Source: an uncultured Gemmatimonadales bacterium (GTDB taxonomy: Bacteria; Gemmatimonadota; Gemmatimonadetes; Gemmatimonadales; GWC2-71-9). Taken from it: DNA of 64,000 nt. Both the position numbers and the translations under genes were made by a program. The first letter of the stretch is position 1, and every line of letters starts with the position of its first letter. Below the pieces are notes generated by a model. That model was given only the letters and a program-made list of their open reading frames with translations. It was not told the origin of the DNA and searched no databases. Positions 9,983 through 20,015 of this stretch are shown here, piece by piece. Where the stretch lies: the NCBI GenBank assembly GCA_963739455.1, contig CAVUAK010000003.1:1-64000 (forward strand), read 5' to 3'.

Positions 9983-10962
9983 ACCCCCGCGGCGGCCCCC
10001 ACCTCACGCAGCGCCACCTTCTCTTCGTCGCTCACCAGCGTCCCTCCCACGCCGAGGAACCCGCCCTCCTTCGACGCTTCCGCAACCTTCATCGCCACGG
10101 CGGCAAGGAACCGGCGATAGGCAATTGCATCTTCGGTCCCCTGTGATGCCACCGTCGCCACCGCATCCTTGATTGCGCTGAGCAGCTGCTCCTTGGTCGC
10201 CTTCCGGCCACCCAGGCTGTTCAGCTCCTCCATCGTGAAGTTTTCCTCAAAGGCGATTCCGAGCAACGAGGCCGGCGGCGCCGCATTGCGAATCTCGTCC
10301 ACCGCCTTCGCCACCGCACCTGCTTCCTTGAGCGAACCGATCGGCCCCGATGGTGACGCGATCATCACCACCTGTGCCGCCGCCATCGGCCCGAGGCGGA
10401 TGCCCTGCCACTGTGCATCGGTGTAGCGTGCCCGCGTGGCGTTCGCCTCGGTGCTCGCGGCCAGCACCGTCTTCACCAACTTCGCGTCCTCGCCACCCTT
10501 GGCGAAGAACGATGTCTGTTCATCCTGCAGTGTCTTCGCGATCCCGGCGGTATCAAGCTTCTGCTCGCTGCGCATCTTGCTCACCAGGCCCATCACCACC
10601 GGTGCCGCCAGCCCGATCAGCGACGACGCCTTGAACCCGAGCGCCTGGTCCAGCGTCCGGCCGGCCGCGCCCAGTCCTGGACCGCCAAACAGTCCGCTCA
10701 GCATCTCCGTCGGCGCGCCACCACCCTTGAGCAGCCCCGCCAGGTTGCTGAGCCCCGCACCTCCATCCTGTGGGATGAGCTTCATCAGCCCATCGAGCCC
10801 CTGCGGGGTCGTCGTCTGGCTCGCCATGGCGCCGGTGAGGAGCGGTCCGACCGCGCCGAGTCCCTTGGTGACGAGATTGGGGTCGAGTCCAATGGAAGTG
10901 CCCAGCTTGGAGAGCATGTCTGGGGTAAACGATTGACCGAATGATTCGAGGAGGGAGGCCAT
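9979..10962 (-). CDS. DUF937-like domain fused to a helical C-terminal domain
   Basis: Start MASLLESFGQ; DUF937-like LIGLAAPVVMGLV; C-terminal KVAEASKEGGFLGVGGTLVSDEEKVAL. Confidence 0.75.
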   Translation of the reverse strand: MASLLESFGQSFTPDMLSKLGTSIGLDPNLVTKGLGAVGPLLTGAMASQTTTPQGLDGLMKLIPQDGGAGLSNLAGLLKGGGAPTEMLSGLFGGPGLGAAGRTLDQALGFKASSLIGLAAPVVMGLVSKMRSEQKLDTAGIAKTLQDEQTSFFAKGGEDAKLVKTVLAASTEANATRARYTDAQWQGIRLGPMAAAQVVMIASPSGPIGSLKEAGAVAKAVDEIRNAAPPASLLGIAFEENFTMEELNSLGGRKATKEQLLSAIKDAVATVASQGTEDAIAYRRFLAAVAMKVAEASKEGGFLGVGGTLVSDEEKVALREVGAAAGV

Positions 10963-11135
10963 GGCTGTCTCAACGTAGATGGTGACGGTACTGGTCCATC
11001 GGGGGCCTGCGTCCAGCATCAACACATACCCCCCGAGCGGCACAAGGGTTTCGTCCGATACCTCCTCGTGACGCGCACTACCCCTTACCATTCGCCGTCC
11101 CTGTTCCCCTGTCCTGTCCCGAACCCGTTGGCGGA

Positions 11136-11765
11136 ATGTCACTTCACACCCCGCACGTCATCCTCCTTGGCGACTCGACCCTGGACAACGCGCTCTATAC
11201 CAGCGGTGCTCCCGACGTCGCCGCCCAGCTCAGCGCCGTCCTGCCGGCTCCCTGGCGAGCCACGAAGTGTGCGATCGACGGCGCCACCACCAGGACACTC
11301 GATCGTCAGCTCATGGCTCTGCCGCACGATGCCACGCACCTGGTCCTGAGCATCGGCGGCAACGATGCCCTGGGGCACATTGATCTCTATGAGCGTCCGG
11401 CGAAGACAGTGGGTGAGGCGGTGGGCCTTCTCGCGGCGGCGGTGGAACAGTTCGAGCCCGCCTATCGCGCCGCGCTCTCGTCGGTCATGAAGCTCGGCAA
11501 GCCGGTGACGGTGTGCACTATCTACAACGGCAGCTTCACCGATCGCGCCTTCCAGCGCTTCGCCACCTCAGCCGTTTCCATGTTCAACGACGTCATCATC
11601 CGCGCCGCCAACTCGACGCGCTGCGCCATGATCGACCTGCGCCTCGCCTGCAACCGCCCCGATCACTTCGTCAACAACATCGAGCCATCGGGCGTCGGCG
11701 GGGAGAAGATCGCCAAGGCCATCCACGCCTCACTCAAGAAGAGCTATCCCGCCTCCCACCTTTGA
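11136..11765 (+). CDS. SGNH/GDSL hydrolase
   Basis: LLGDSTLDN block I, SIGGNDAL block III, NNIEPS variant block V. Confidence 0.88.
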   Translation: MSLHTPHVILLGDSTLDNALYTSGAPDVAAQLSAVLPAPWRATKCAIDGATTRTLDRQLMALPHDATHLVLSIGGNDALGHIDLYERPAKTVGEAVGLLAAAVEQFEPAYRAALSSVMKLGKPVTVCTIYNGSFTDRAFQRFATSAVSMFNDVIIRAANSTRCAMIDLRLACNRPDHFVNNIEPSGVGGEKIAKAIHASLKKSYPASHL

Positions 11766-11782
11766 CTTGCCGTGGCTAAGTG

Positions 11783-11814
11783 AAAGCGCCGGGCCCGAAT
11801 GGGCCCGGCGCTTT
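11783..11814. terminator. Probable bidirectional intrinsic terminator
   Basis: AAAGCGCCGGGCCC-GAAT-GGGCCCGGCGCTTT, a perfect 14-bp stem between convergent genes. Confidence 0.8.
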
Positions 11815-11835
11815 CTACGTGAAACCAGGTGAGGC

Positions 11836-13518
11836 CTATGTCGGCGCTGCGCAGGACTTCGCATCCAACGGGAACTTGGGCGCCGCCAGTTGCGTCCACG
11901 GCCCCGTGATCGCGCCGTCCTGCAGTCGGACCCACCAGTACTTGTTATTGGTTGACGTCGACTTGAGGTAGGGGCCCGCCAACGGCGCGAAGTCGCCTCC
12001 GATTGTGGTGACGCCCGTGCTTGCCGTACCCTGCTTCACGACCGCTGCCGAAGCAGGAGTATTTGAGCCGTATTCGCCAACCTGGTAAGTCGCAGTTCCC
12101 GACGGTGTCGACGACATCGTCCAGTTGAAGGTGAAGGTGTTGTACGTCTTGCCGTTTGTCGCAACGTAGACATCGCACCCGGCGTAGGTGAATGACGTGA
12201 TCGTCGGCATGACCGCGCCCGTTGCTGAAATGACGAGCGACGGGGCAAAGGGAGTGGCCGCAGACAACGTGTTCGTCCCTGCTGCAGCACCAAGCGTCCA
12301 GGCGGTCGTCGCCTCACCACTGGCGTTCGTGGTGACGCTTGCTGGTGAGACGCTGCCGCCGCCCGCCGTGACGGCAAACGTCACTACTGCGCCACTGACC
12401 GCGACGCCGCTATTGGTCACCTTGACCTTGGGTGCCGGATTGAGCGCCGTTCCCGCCGGTCCGCTCGCCCCGCCAGCCATCTTCGTGATCGCATAGATCG
12501 GCGGGGTGTTGGATATGTATACGACGCCGTCGCTAAACGGATAGTAACGGTCATACGCCAGCGCACTCGCCGCACCGGAATAGGTCACGCTAACGGTTGT
12601 TGTTCCGGTGCTTGTACCCTTGGTCACGGTGGCGGTGGCACCGGTCGGAGTTACCGTGGCAATCGATGGGGCCGCCGAGGTCCAAGTGAGCTGCGTAGCG
12701 GGAAGGGTGCTCGCCAGGGGTGGCGTAAACGTCGGGCTCTTGCCTGCAAACTCCAGTTTCAGGATTGGGACAGTTGCCGGCCCTGAGAATACGCTGAACA
12801 CGGTCTCGGCAACACGGAGGCCCGACATCATGTGCTTTGTCGTGTTCACGTCCGTGGGACGAATACCATAGTAGTACAGGACGCGTTGTGACTCATGAGA
12901 ACAGACGGAGGGGTTGAACACCTTGTCGAGTCGCAGCGTATTGGAGCAACCGTACACCGGAGACGTTGTGGCAGGATTCTGCGCGAGGTGTCCCTGCAGT
13001 CCAAGGGCATGACTGAGTTCGTGCAGGACGACTGCCTGCAGGTCACGCGAGTCATTAAAACCATCCGCGCAGTTGGCCGGGTTGTCGGAGCGATAGATGA
13101 CGATCGCGGGGCCGGCGTTCGTGTTTCCGCAGTAGTAGGGGTTGTTGTACGTAGTGGTGTCGGCGAATGTCACGGGCACGGTGACGCCGGTACCCGGGAC
13201 GGAGACAAGCGTCCACATGTTGGCGCCGAACAGGAGGCCCGACCAGTTACTCACTGCCACCGCGGTCGCGGCCTGAAGGGTCGCGTTTGCCGAGGCTACG
13301 TTGATGACCTGGCCGCAGGTAAACCGCACCACGAACTTGCCATCACCGGTGCGTGGCGAACATGGGGTTTCAACATGCGGTATCATGTTCCCCCCATGCG
13401 GTACCACCGTCCCGCCGCCGGCACTTGCAACAGGCGAAACAGCGTCGCCCTGATCAGCTGGTTGGGCGTTGCAGGCAGCGATGGATGCAGCTGCAGCCAG
13501 GACAATTGCTCTCTTCAT
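11836..13518 (-). CDS. Lipoprotein: zinc metallopeptidase domain plus bacterial Ig-like domains
   Basis: SIAAC lipobox; VLHELSHALGLQGH; WTSAAPSIATV (Big_2-like); VTFAVTAGGGSV...TTNASGEATTAWTLG (Big_1-like). Confidence 0.8.
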   Translation of the reverse strand: MKRAIVLAAAASIAACNAQPADQGDAVSPVASAGGGTVVPHGGNMIPHVETPCSPRTGDGKFVVRFTCGQVINVASANATLQAATAVAVSNWSGLLFGANMWTLVSVPGTGVTVPVTFADTTTYNNPYYCGNTNAGPAIVIYRSDNPANCADGFNDSRDLQAVVLHELSHALGLQGHLAQNPATTSPVYGCSNTLRLDKVFNPSVCSHESQRVLYYYGIRPTDVNTTKHMMSGLRVAETVFSVFSGPATVPILKLEFAGKSPTFTPPLASTLPATQLTWTSAAPSIATVTPTGATATVTKGTSTGTTTVSVTYSGAASALAYDRYYPFSDGVVYISNTPPIYAITKMAGGASGPAGTALNPAPKVKVTNSGVAVSGAVVTFAVTAGGGSVSPASVTTNASGEATTAWTLGAAAGTNTLSAATPFAPSLVISATGAVMPTITSFTYAGCDVYVATNGKTYNTFTFNWTMSSTPSGTATYQVGEYGSNTPASAAVVKQGTASTGVTTIGGDFAPLAGPYLKSTSTNNKYWWVRLQDGAITGPWTQLAAPKFPLDAKSCAAPT

Positions 13519-13928
13519 GCGAAGCTCCTCGGTGGGGGTAACAGGGCAACGCCGTGACAGCGCAGCCGAGAGTTATTTGCCTTTGGATTGGTCGGTGAGC
13601 GAAGGTGGGGAGCAGCGACTCCTTGGGCAATCGCCATGTTCGCGACAGTAATGAGATCGCTCGCCTGGGCTGCCGGATCCTGCGTACTGGCGCGCAAGGT
13701 GGTGCGCGCAAAGTGATCGCGTTGAATCAACCGATCATCAACGGCGGATCAAACATTTGTTGCCAAAGCGGCCCGCGGCATGGAGTTGAGCGCGGTCAGC
13801 GACAAGCCACCCCCTCCTTCGTCCGGAAGGGGCGCCGCTGAACGGCTACGATGGATCGTTGAACTAGGTGCGGATCCGGCAGGATGTACGTGCGGAGAGA
13901 CAGCCGCAGCGCTTGAAGACCGTCCTCT

Positions 13929-13960
13929 TCAAGTCTTCAAGCCTTCAAGCCTTCACGTCC
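13929..13960. repeat. Octamer tandem repeat x4
   Basis: TCAAGTCT TCAAGCCT TCAAGCCT TCACGTCC; the last unit contains the stop codon of the adjacent minus-strand gene. Confidence 0.75.
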
Positions 13961-15693
13961 CGTTGTAACTCAGCGCAAAGACATACCCTCCCACCGCGGC
14001 GAGCTGCGCCGCGGTGAGTTGGGCGCCACCCATCGGCGGCATCACGCCCCTGTGCTCCTTCGGCGCCGCCACGCCCTCCTTGATCGTCTGCACAATCCCC
14101 TTGTAGCTCCCGTCGCTCCATAGCCACTTGCTGTCTGTCAGGTCGGGCGCGAGCGGCGTGCCCTTCGCGTCACTCCCATGACAAGCGGTGCACGTTCCAT
14201 TGGCCACCTGGCCGTGAAAGACGCTGTCCCCCAGCGCCAGCATTGCCGGCGTGATCCCCGCCGCCTTCGCCGCGGGGCTCAACTGGGGCAGTGCGCTCGT
14301 CACCGCCTCACCCGGTGCCACTGCTGATGCAACCGGCGCCGGAACAGCGGAGCCGCCATACACCACCCGCCAGATCCGTCCGCGCGCATCATCGCTGATA
14401 TACAACGCGCCATCCGGCCCGACCGCGAGCCCCGTTGGACGATGCGCCGCCTTGCCCGGTTCCTTCGTCGCCCCCGCGAATCCATCCGCGAAAATCTCGT
14501 ATGGACCCGAAGGCTTCCCGCCGGCGAACGGCTGGAAGACGACGTTGTACCCACCCTGCGGACCCGGCGCCCGATTCCACGAGCCATGGAAAGCGATGAA
14601 CGCTCCTCCCTTGTACTTCGCCGGAAAATGCCCGTCGTTGTAGAAGAGCACCGCGTCCGGCGCCCAGTGTGCCGGGAAGTACGCAGCCGGCGGGTTCTTC
14701 GTGTCGCATGACCCGATCGCCTTGCCACCATCGCCGCCGTACTCCGGTGCCAGCACCAGCTTCGCCTGCGCCGAGTCGAAGTAGCACGTCGGCCAGCCGA
14801 AGTCCGCTCCCTTTTCAATCTTGAGCAGCACCTCCGCCGGAAAGTTCTGCCCCTGAGCTGGCGTGTACAGCTTGGGCCAGAGCTCAGCGAGCTGGTCCCG
14901 TCCATGCTGCGTGGAGTAGACCTGGCCCGACGCATCGGTGGTGATGCCCACCGCGTTCCGGATTCCGGTCGCGTATCTCTCATTCCTTGAGAAGTGCTGC
15001 CCCACCTGGTTGGCGTCATATCGCCAGATCCCGCCACGGGTCTCGAGCTCCGTGCATGGGTCATGTCCCGGCGACTCCTTCTTCCGGTCCTTGACCTGGC
15101 ACGCATTCGACGCCGAGCCGCTCGACATGTACATGCTGCCGCTTGAGTCGATCACGAACGGGTGCATCGGGTGATCGCCGCTCTGTGGCAGGCTGTCGAT
15201 GATCACGTCAGGCGCCGCCGTCGGGGCAATGCTTCCCGCCGCCAGGGCATATCTCAGGATCTTGTCGTTCGACTCGGCGTACAGCGCACCACCATGCAGC
15301 ATGATCCCGGTGCCGCCGTGCCCGCCGCTCGCCACGCTGTCCCCGAACCGCGCAACCACATCCGCGACACCGTCGCCGGTCGTATCGCGGAGCGCCACGA
15401 GGAAGCCACCCGCGTGCGGCTTGTCCTTGCCGTAGTACTCGCCGCTCCAGGTATTCACGTACACCGTGCCGTCGGATGTCACCGTGAGGTGCCGTGCATG
15501 CCCGATGCTGTCGGCGAAGATGGTGGCACAGAACCCTGCCGGCAGCGTCAGGCCGCCGTTGTCGGGCGCACACGCGACCGCAACCGCAGGTGTTCGTCGT
15601 GCTGTCGGAGCTGCTGCGAGCATCACTGCTTCCGCCGCGGCATCCCCCGAGAAGGGCACCTGCGCCGACCACCAGGCTGAGCGTCGATCGCAT
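13953..15693 (-). CDS. PQQ-type sugar/sorbosone dehydrogenase fused to cytochrome c; lipoprotein; one indel near 15590
   Basis: ATGIRNAVG, GADFGWP, AFHGSWNR, GPDGALYISDD and the heme motif CTACH. The signal peptide MRSTLSLVVGAGALLGGC lies in an adjacent frame starting at 15693. Confidence 0.88.
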
Positions 15694-15695
15694 TC

Positions 15696-16604
15696 TCAGT
15701 TGCCCTTCGCCGGCAGGGTCCAAAGTTCGAATCGATTCGCCGTGAGCAGCACGACGCCAACCTTGCCGAGCTTCGCGTCCACCGCGATATCGGCTGGGGC
15801 CGCCTGCATCGGGCCAATCACCTTGACCACCTTGGAACCGATCAGCTCCGACACGGTCGAGTCTCCCCACGACGTCACAAGCACACGACCATCGGACTGC
15901 ACCTCGAGTCCGTCGTACCCGCCCGCGCCCGGCACCAGGTTGGTCGGTGCCGCCTGTCCGGGAACCCAGGTCTGCATCGCTTTCCCCATGAGCGGCGCCA
16001 GCACCAGCACGTTGCGGCGCGCGTCCCAGTCGATTCCGTCGGGCCCATCGAGTGGCTTCCCCTCGAGTGCAACACTCACCTTCCGGTCCGGTGTCACCCG
16101 GTAGATCCGGTAGGACACCGGCGCCCTCGGCGCGTCCGACTTGTCGAGCCACCCGGTGTCGGTGACGTAGATGTCGCCGTTCGGCATGAACGTGAGGTCG
16201 TTGATCAGCTGCGGATGCATTGATGACAAGTCGATCGACGTCATCGGGGCACCGGTGCGCGTGTCGAACGCCCGAATCGCATCCACATCCAGCACCCAGA
16301 GCGTATCGCCTCGAATGCGCGATCCCAGCGGACCGTTCAGCTCCACGCCGTTCCGGCCGCCCTGGATGAAGTGCAGCGAATCCAGCTTGCCGTCGCCAGT
16401 GATCCGGGAAATGAACCCCTTGTTCTCCTTGAGGCCCGGATTGCCGTTGACGTTGCTCACGAAATACGCGTTGTGTTTCGCGTCGTAGCTCAAGGCCTCA
16501 GGAACGCTCAGCCCCTCGACCACCGCCAGGCGCTTGGGCTCTGCGGTCCCCTGGAGTGCCAGCAAGCCCACGAGCGCGAACGAACCCAGTCGCCCACGTA
16601 TCAT
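15696..16604 (-). CDS. SMP-30/gluconolactonase-like beta-propeller protein
   Basis: GLSVPEA, YFVSNVNG, LINDL...GDIYVTDTG, GPDGI, YDGL; signal peptide. Confidence 0.85.
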   Translation of the reverse strand: MIRGRLGSFALVGLLALQGTAEPKRLAVVEGLSVPEALSYDAKHNAYFVSNVNGNPGLKENKGFISRITGDGKLDSLHFIQGGRNGVELNGPLGSRIRGDTLWVLDVDAIRAFDTRTGAPMTSIDLSSMHPQLINDLTFMPNGDIYVTDTGWLDKSDAPRAPVSYRIYRVTPDRKVSVALEGKPLDGPDGIDWDARRNVLVLAPLMGKAMQTWVPGQAAPTNLVPGAGGYDGLEVQSDGRVLVTSWGDSTVSELIGSKVVKVIGPMQAAPADIAVDAKLGKVGVVLLTANRFELWTLPAKGN

Positions 16605-16674
16605 GCCCTGCTTCTCAGCCATGTATCTTCCCATTCCATTCTCCCAGGGATGCTGCGTGCGGTCATTGAAGCGA

Positions 16675-18465
16675 ATGCTGTATTTTACCCTCCCGTTCGC
16701 CATTCTTCTCACGATCGCAGTTGCACCCGCGTCGGCCCAGAATGGAACCGCGTACGAGCGACGTGAACTGGGCATCCCCATGCGCGACGGCGTCACCCTG
16801 TTCGCCGTCGCACTGGTCCCGCGGAATGCCACCCAGCCCCTCCCGATCCTCCTCGTCCGCACCCCGTTCTCCGCCGCGAATGCGTTCCGGGACTCAACCG
16901 TGCCCCGCGCGTACCGCGAGCTCGCCGAGGACGGCTACATCTTCGTGAGTGAGGATATCCGCGGACGGCTCGCTTCCGGTGGCGAGTTCGTCACCCTCCG
17001 CGCCCAGCGAGACCCGAACGACCCGAAGGGCGTCGATGAGTCCACCGACGCGTACGACACCATCGATTGGCTGGTGAAGAACCTCCCGGGGAACAGCGGC
17101 AAGGTGGGTGTCATCGGCAGTTCATATCCCGGCTGGCTCGCCGCCCTCGCCGGCGTCGGTGCCCATCCTGCCCTCAAGGCCATCTCGCCCCAGGCGCCGA
17201 TCGGCGACGCCTGGATGGGAGACGACTTCTTTCACCAGGGCGCCTTCCGCCAGACCCAGGGCGTGGCGTGGTCGATGCTCGTGGGCCCTGACCCGAACGG
17301 GTTCAGTCCCATCGAGATCCCCGACAACGACCACTACGGGTTCTACCTGAAGTTCCCGACCCTCGATTCGCTCTCGAAGGCCACCGGCGTTGCGAAGTAT
17401 CCCGTGTGGCAGTCTTTCGTCGACCATCCTTCATGGGACGGGTTCTGGCAGGCGAGATCACTACCCAATGTCATGCCGCGTCCCGAGGTGCCGACGCTGT
17501 GGGTGGGAGGAACCTGGGACGCGGAGGATATTCTCGGGCCGCAACTCACTTATGCCGCGCTGGAAAAGAACGATTCGAACCGGTGGAACTACCTCGTGCT
17601 CGGCCCCTGGTCCCACAACCAGTGGAACCGGCCCGGAGGCGACGCACTCGGCCCTCTCCAGTTCGGCAGCGCCACCGCCGACTGGTATCGCGCCAATATC
17701 CTGCGTCCCTGGTTCGCCTGGTACCTGCACGGCACTGGTGACGGGAACTTCCCCGGGGCCTGGGTCTTCGAGGCCGGCGAGAACCAGTGGCACACCTTCG
17801 ATGCCTGGCCCCCCAGGAACGTGGAGCCGCGGCGTATATACATGCGTATACACGGCAAGCTCTCGTTCGACCCCCCTCCCCGTGGAGAAGGGCAGTACGA
17901 CGCATTCACCTCCGACCCGGCGAATCCCGTCCCCTACCTTCCGCGCCCCGACGACGACAGCGGCTGGGACACCTGGCTGGTGCAGGATCAGCGCTTTGTT
18001 GACCATCGTCCCGATGTTGCCACCTGGGTTTCCGATCCGCTCACCGAGGACCTGACCATCGCTGGGGACGTCACTGCGCATCTCTTCGCCTCTACCACCG
18101 GCACCGACGCCGACTGGGTGGTGAAGCTCATCGATGTCTTTCCCGACAGCGCCCAGGTCATGGTCAATGCCGACATCATGCGCGGTCGCTACTGGAAGGG
18201 CTTCAGCAAGGCGGTTCCCATTCCCGCCAATACCGTCACGCCCTTCACCGTGGATCTCCACCAGCAGCTCTATCGCTTCCAGAAGGGCCATCGTCTCATG
18301 GTGCAGGTGCAGAGCACCTGGTTCCCGCTCTACGATCGCAACCCGCAGACCTTCGTGCCCAACATCTTCAAGGCGCGGCCTTCCGACTTCAAGGCACAGG
18401 TGCACCGCATCTGGCACACCGCCGCCTATCCGTCACATCTTTCCGTCGGGGTGCTCCAGCACTAG
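16675..18465 (+). CDS. CocE/NonD family hydrolase (alpha-amino acid ester hydrolase-like)
   Basis: IPMRDGVTL, DIRGR, DAYDTIDWL, nucleophile GSSYPG, GPWSH, QSTWFPLYDRNPQ. Confidence 0.92.
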   Translation: MLYFTLPFAILLTIAVAPASAQNGTAYERRELGIPMRDGVTLFAVALVPRNATQPLPILLVRTPFSAANAFRDSTVPRAYRELAEDGYIFVSEDIRGRLASGGEFVTLRAQRDPNDPKGVDESTDAYDTIDWLVKNLPGNSGKVGVIGSSYPGWLAALAGVGAHPALKAISPQAPIGDAWMGDDFFHQGAFRQTQGVAWSMLVGPDPNGFSPIEIPDNDHYGFYLKFPTLDSLSKATGVAKYPVWQSFVDHPSWDGFWQARSLPNVMPRPEVPTLWVGGTWDAEDILGPQLTYAALEKNDSNRWNYLVLGPWSHNQWNRPGGDALGPLQFGSATADWYRANILRPWFAWYLHGTGDGNFPGAWVFEAGENQWHTFDAWPPRNVEPRRIYMRIHGKLSFDPPPRGEGQYDAFTSDPANPVPYLPRPDDDSGWDTWLVQDQRFVDHRPDVATWVSDPLTEDLTIAGDVTAHLFASTTGTDADWVVKLIDVFPDSAQVMVNADIMRGRYWKGFSKAVPIPANTVTPFTVDLHQQLYRFQKGHRLMVQVQSTWFPLYDRNPQTFVPNIFKARPSDFKAQVHRIWHTAAYPSHLSVGVLQH

Positions 18466-18474
18466 GGTTCTACC

Positions 18475-19500
18475 ATGCCATCACTCCGCGCTCTCGCCAC
18501 CACTTTTGCGGTGATTGCGCTCGCCTCCTGCAACAGTGCCGACACGCTCGACTCGTCAGGTGACGAGAGCGACTTCGAAACTGTCTTTCTGCCGGTTGGC
18601 CAGGTTCGCGTTCGCTACCTTCGGGTCCCCTCCGGCTATACCATCACGGACATCAATGATGACGGCGACATGCTGCTCGGCGATGCCTGGTTGCCCAGCG
18701 GCCGCTGGAAGCCGCGGCCGTTGCCGTTTGCCGGTCGCTCCATCAACAATCTGCGCCAGATCCTCGGGCCCGGTGCGTCATACTTCGTGAATGGGCACGT
18801 AGTGACGCCGCCCAGCCCGTGCACCCCGATCGTCAATGGCATCTACGTGTGGGACTGCTCCGGTCCCGTCGACGGCATTGCGCTGGCCGACAACGGCGAC
18901 CTGCTCGCCACCTATCGCCAGGATGCACCCGGCACCGTCTTTTCCCCCTATCGCTACCTCACGGTCTGGCGCGCGCGAACCGGGAAGTGGGAGGAGTTTC
19001 TCTCCATCTTCGGCGACGACACCGGCATCACTGGCACCATCAGCGATCACGGCGCGATCGTCGGCCGGGTCGACAATTTCCCGGCGCCCGTCCAGGTCCT
19101 GGTACAGCCGCGAGATGGTCCGCAATACAGCCCGTCGCTCGCCGGTGCCTGTCCAGCGGGCTCCGCTGACGCATATGAGGTTGGCCCCGGCGCCCTGAAC
19201 GATGCCGGCGAACTCGTCGGGTACGCCATCTGCCAGGTGGGTGGTGTGTATGACTCATACGGCGCCAGGTGGTCGCGCACCGGCGCTGCAACACCGGTCG
19301 ACGGCATTGCCTTCATCATCGACGACGCGGGGAACATCGCCGGCACGCGCTCCGATGGGCTCGCCGTCGTCTGGTTGGCGAACGGCAACGTGGTGGAACT
19401 CTCGCCCGACCCGACGGCTGCGGTCCGCAAGTTCGTGGGGCGCGGTCGCATCTTCGGCTTCATTGGACCGCAGCCCGTCATCTGGCGATTTGGCTACTGA
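18475..19500 (+). CDS. Hypothetical lipoprotein with HAF-like repeats
   Basis: ALASC lipobox; repeated INDDG / LADNG / ISDHG / LNDAG / IDDAG motifs. Confidence 0.7.
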   Translation: MPSLRALATTFAVIALASCNSADTLDSSGDESDFETVFLPVGQVRVRYLRVPSGYTITDINDDGDMLLGDAWLPSGRWKPRPLPFAGRSINNLRQILGPGASYFVNGHVVTPPSPCTPIVNGIYVWDCSGPVDGIALADNGDLLATYRQDAPGTVFSPYRYLTVWRARTGKWEEFLSIFGDDTGITGTISDHGAIVGRVDNFPAPVQVLVQPRDGPQYSPSLAGACPAGSADAYEVGPGALNDAGELVGYAICQVGGVYDSYGARWSRTGAATPVDGIAFIIDDAGNIAGTRSDGLAVVWLANGNVVELSPDPTAAVRKFVGRGRIFGFIGPQPVIWRFGY

Positions 19501-19507
19501 CCGACCC

Positions 19508-19957
19508 TCAGTATCCCGCGGTCTTCGCCTTGTCGCCCTCGATCGTAAGTTCACCGCACGCCACGATCGTCTTCGGCTCCGCCGCTGACTTGTGGACGTT
19601 CACGTAGTAGTCGCCCGCCGTTGGCGTTGCGATGGCCAGCTTCGCCTCGGCCTTGGCCGTGCCATCGTCCTTCACCTTGAGCAGCGGATACGCCGCCCCG
19701 TCGCCTACCACGGCGCCGTTGCTGCCACACTTCCCCGAGTGCACGTGCCACGGCAATTCCGCTCCGGCCGTTGCCCCCTTGATGCTGATTTCGGCCTCGG
19801 TGCCCTTGTCCTTCTTCTCGACCTCGGCGGTGCCGGTGATATTCGAGCCGGCGCCCGGCTTGAGGACCGCCTTCCACTCGTGGTCAAGTCCGTACGTCGC
19901 GCCCGCAAGCGCTGCCACGGCGACGCCGACCACCAGCATGCTGGAAACTGTACGCAT
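19508..19957 (-). CDS. Exported CHRD / Cu-Zn SOD-like fold protein
   Basis: PWHVHSGKCG, YYVNVHKS, IVACGEL; GGAGG upstream of ATG 19957. Confidence 0.75.
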   Translation of the reverse strand: MRTVSSMLVVGVAVAALAGATYGLDHEWKAVLKPGAGSNITGTAEVEKKDKGTEAEISIKGATAGAELPWHVHSGKCGSNGAVVGDGAAYPLLKVKDDGTAKAEAKLAIATPTAGDYYVNVHKSAAEPKTIVACGELTIEGDKAKTAGY

Positions 19958-20015
19958 GGGACCTCCTGAGTTGAAATGCGCATATTGTCCTACCCCGGAG
20001 AAGGGCAGATAGGCT

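Noticed and set aside
13520..13700. c-di-GMP-I riboswitch upstream of the metallopeptidase (AAAGGCAAA seen on the minus strand)
   Set aside because: The following GNRA-capped stem and GACGCAAA element are missing. An Rfam scan would settle it.
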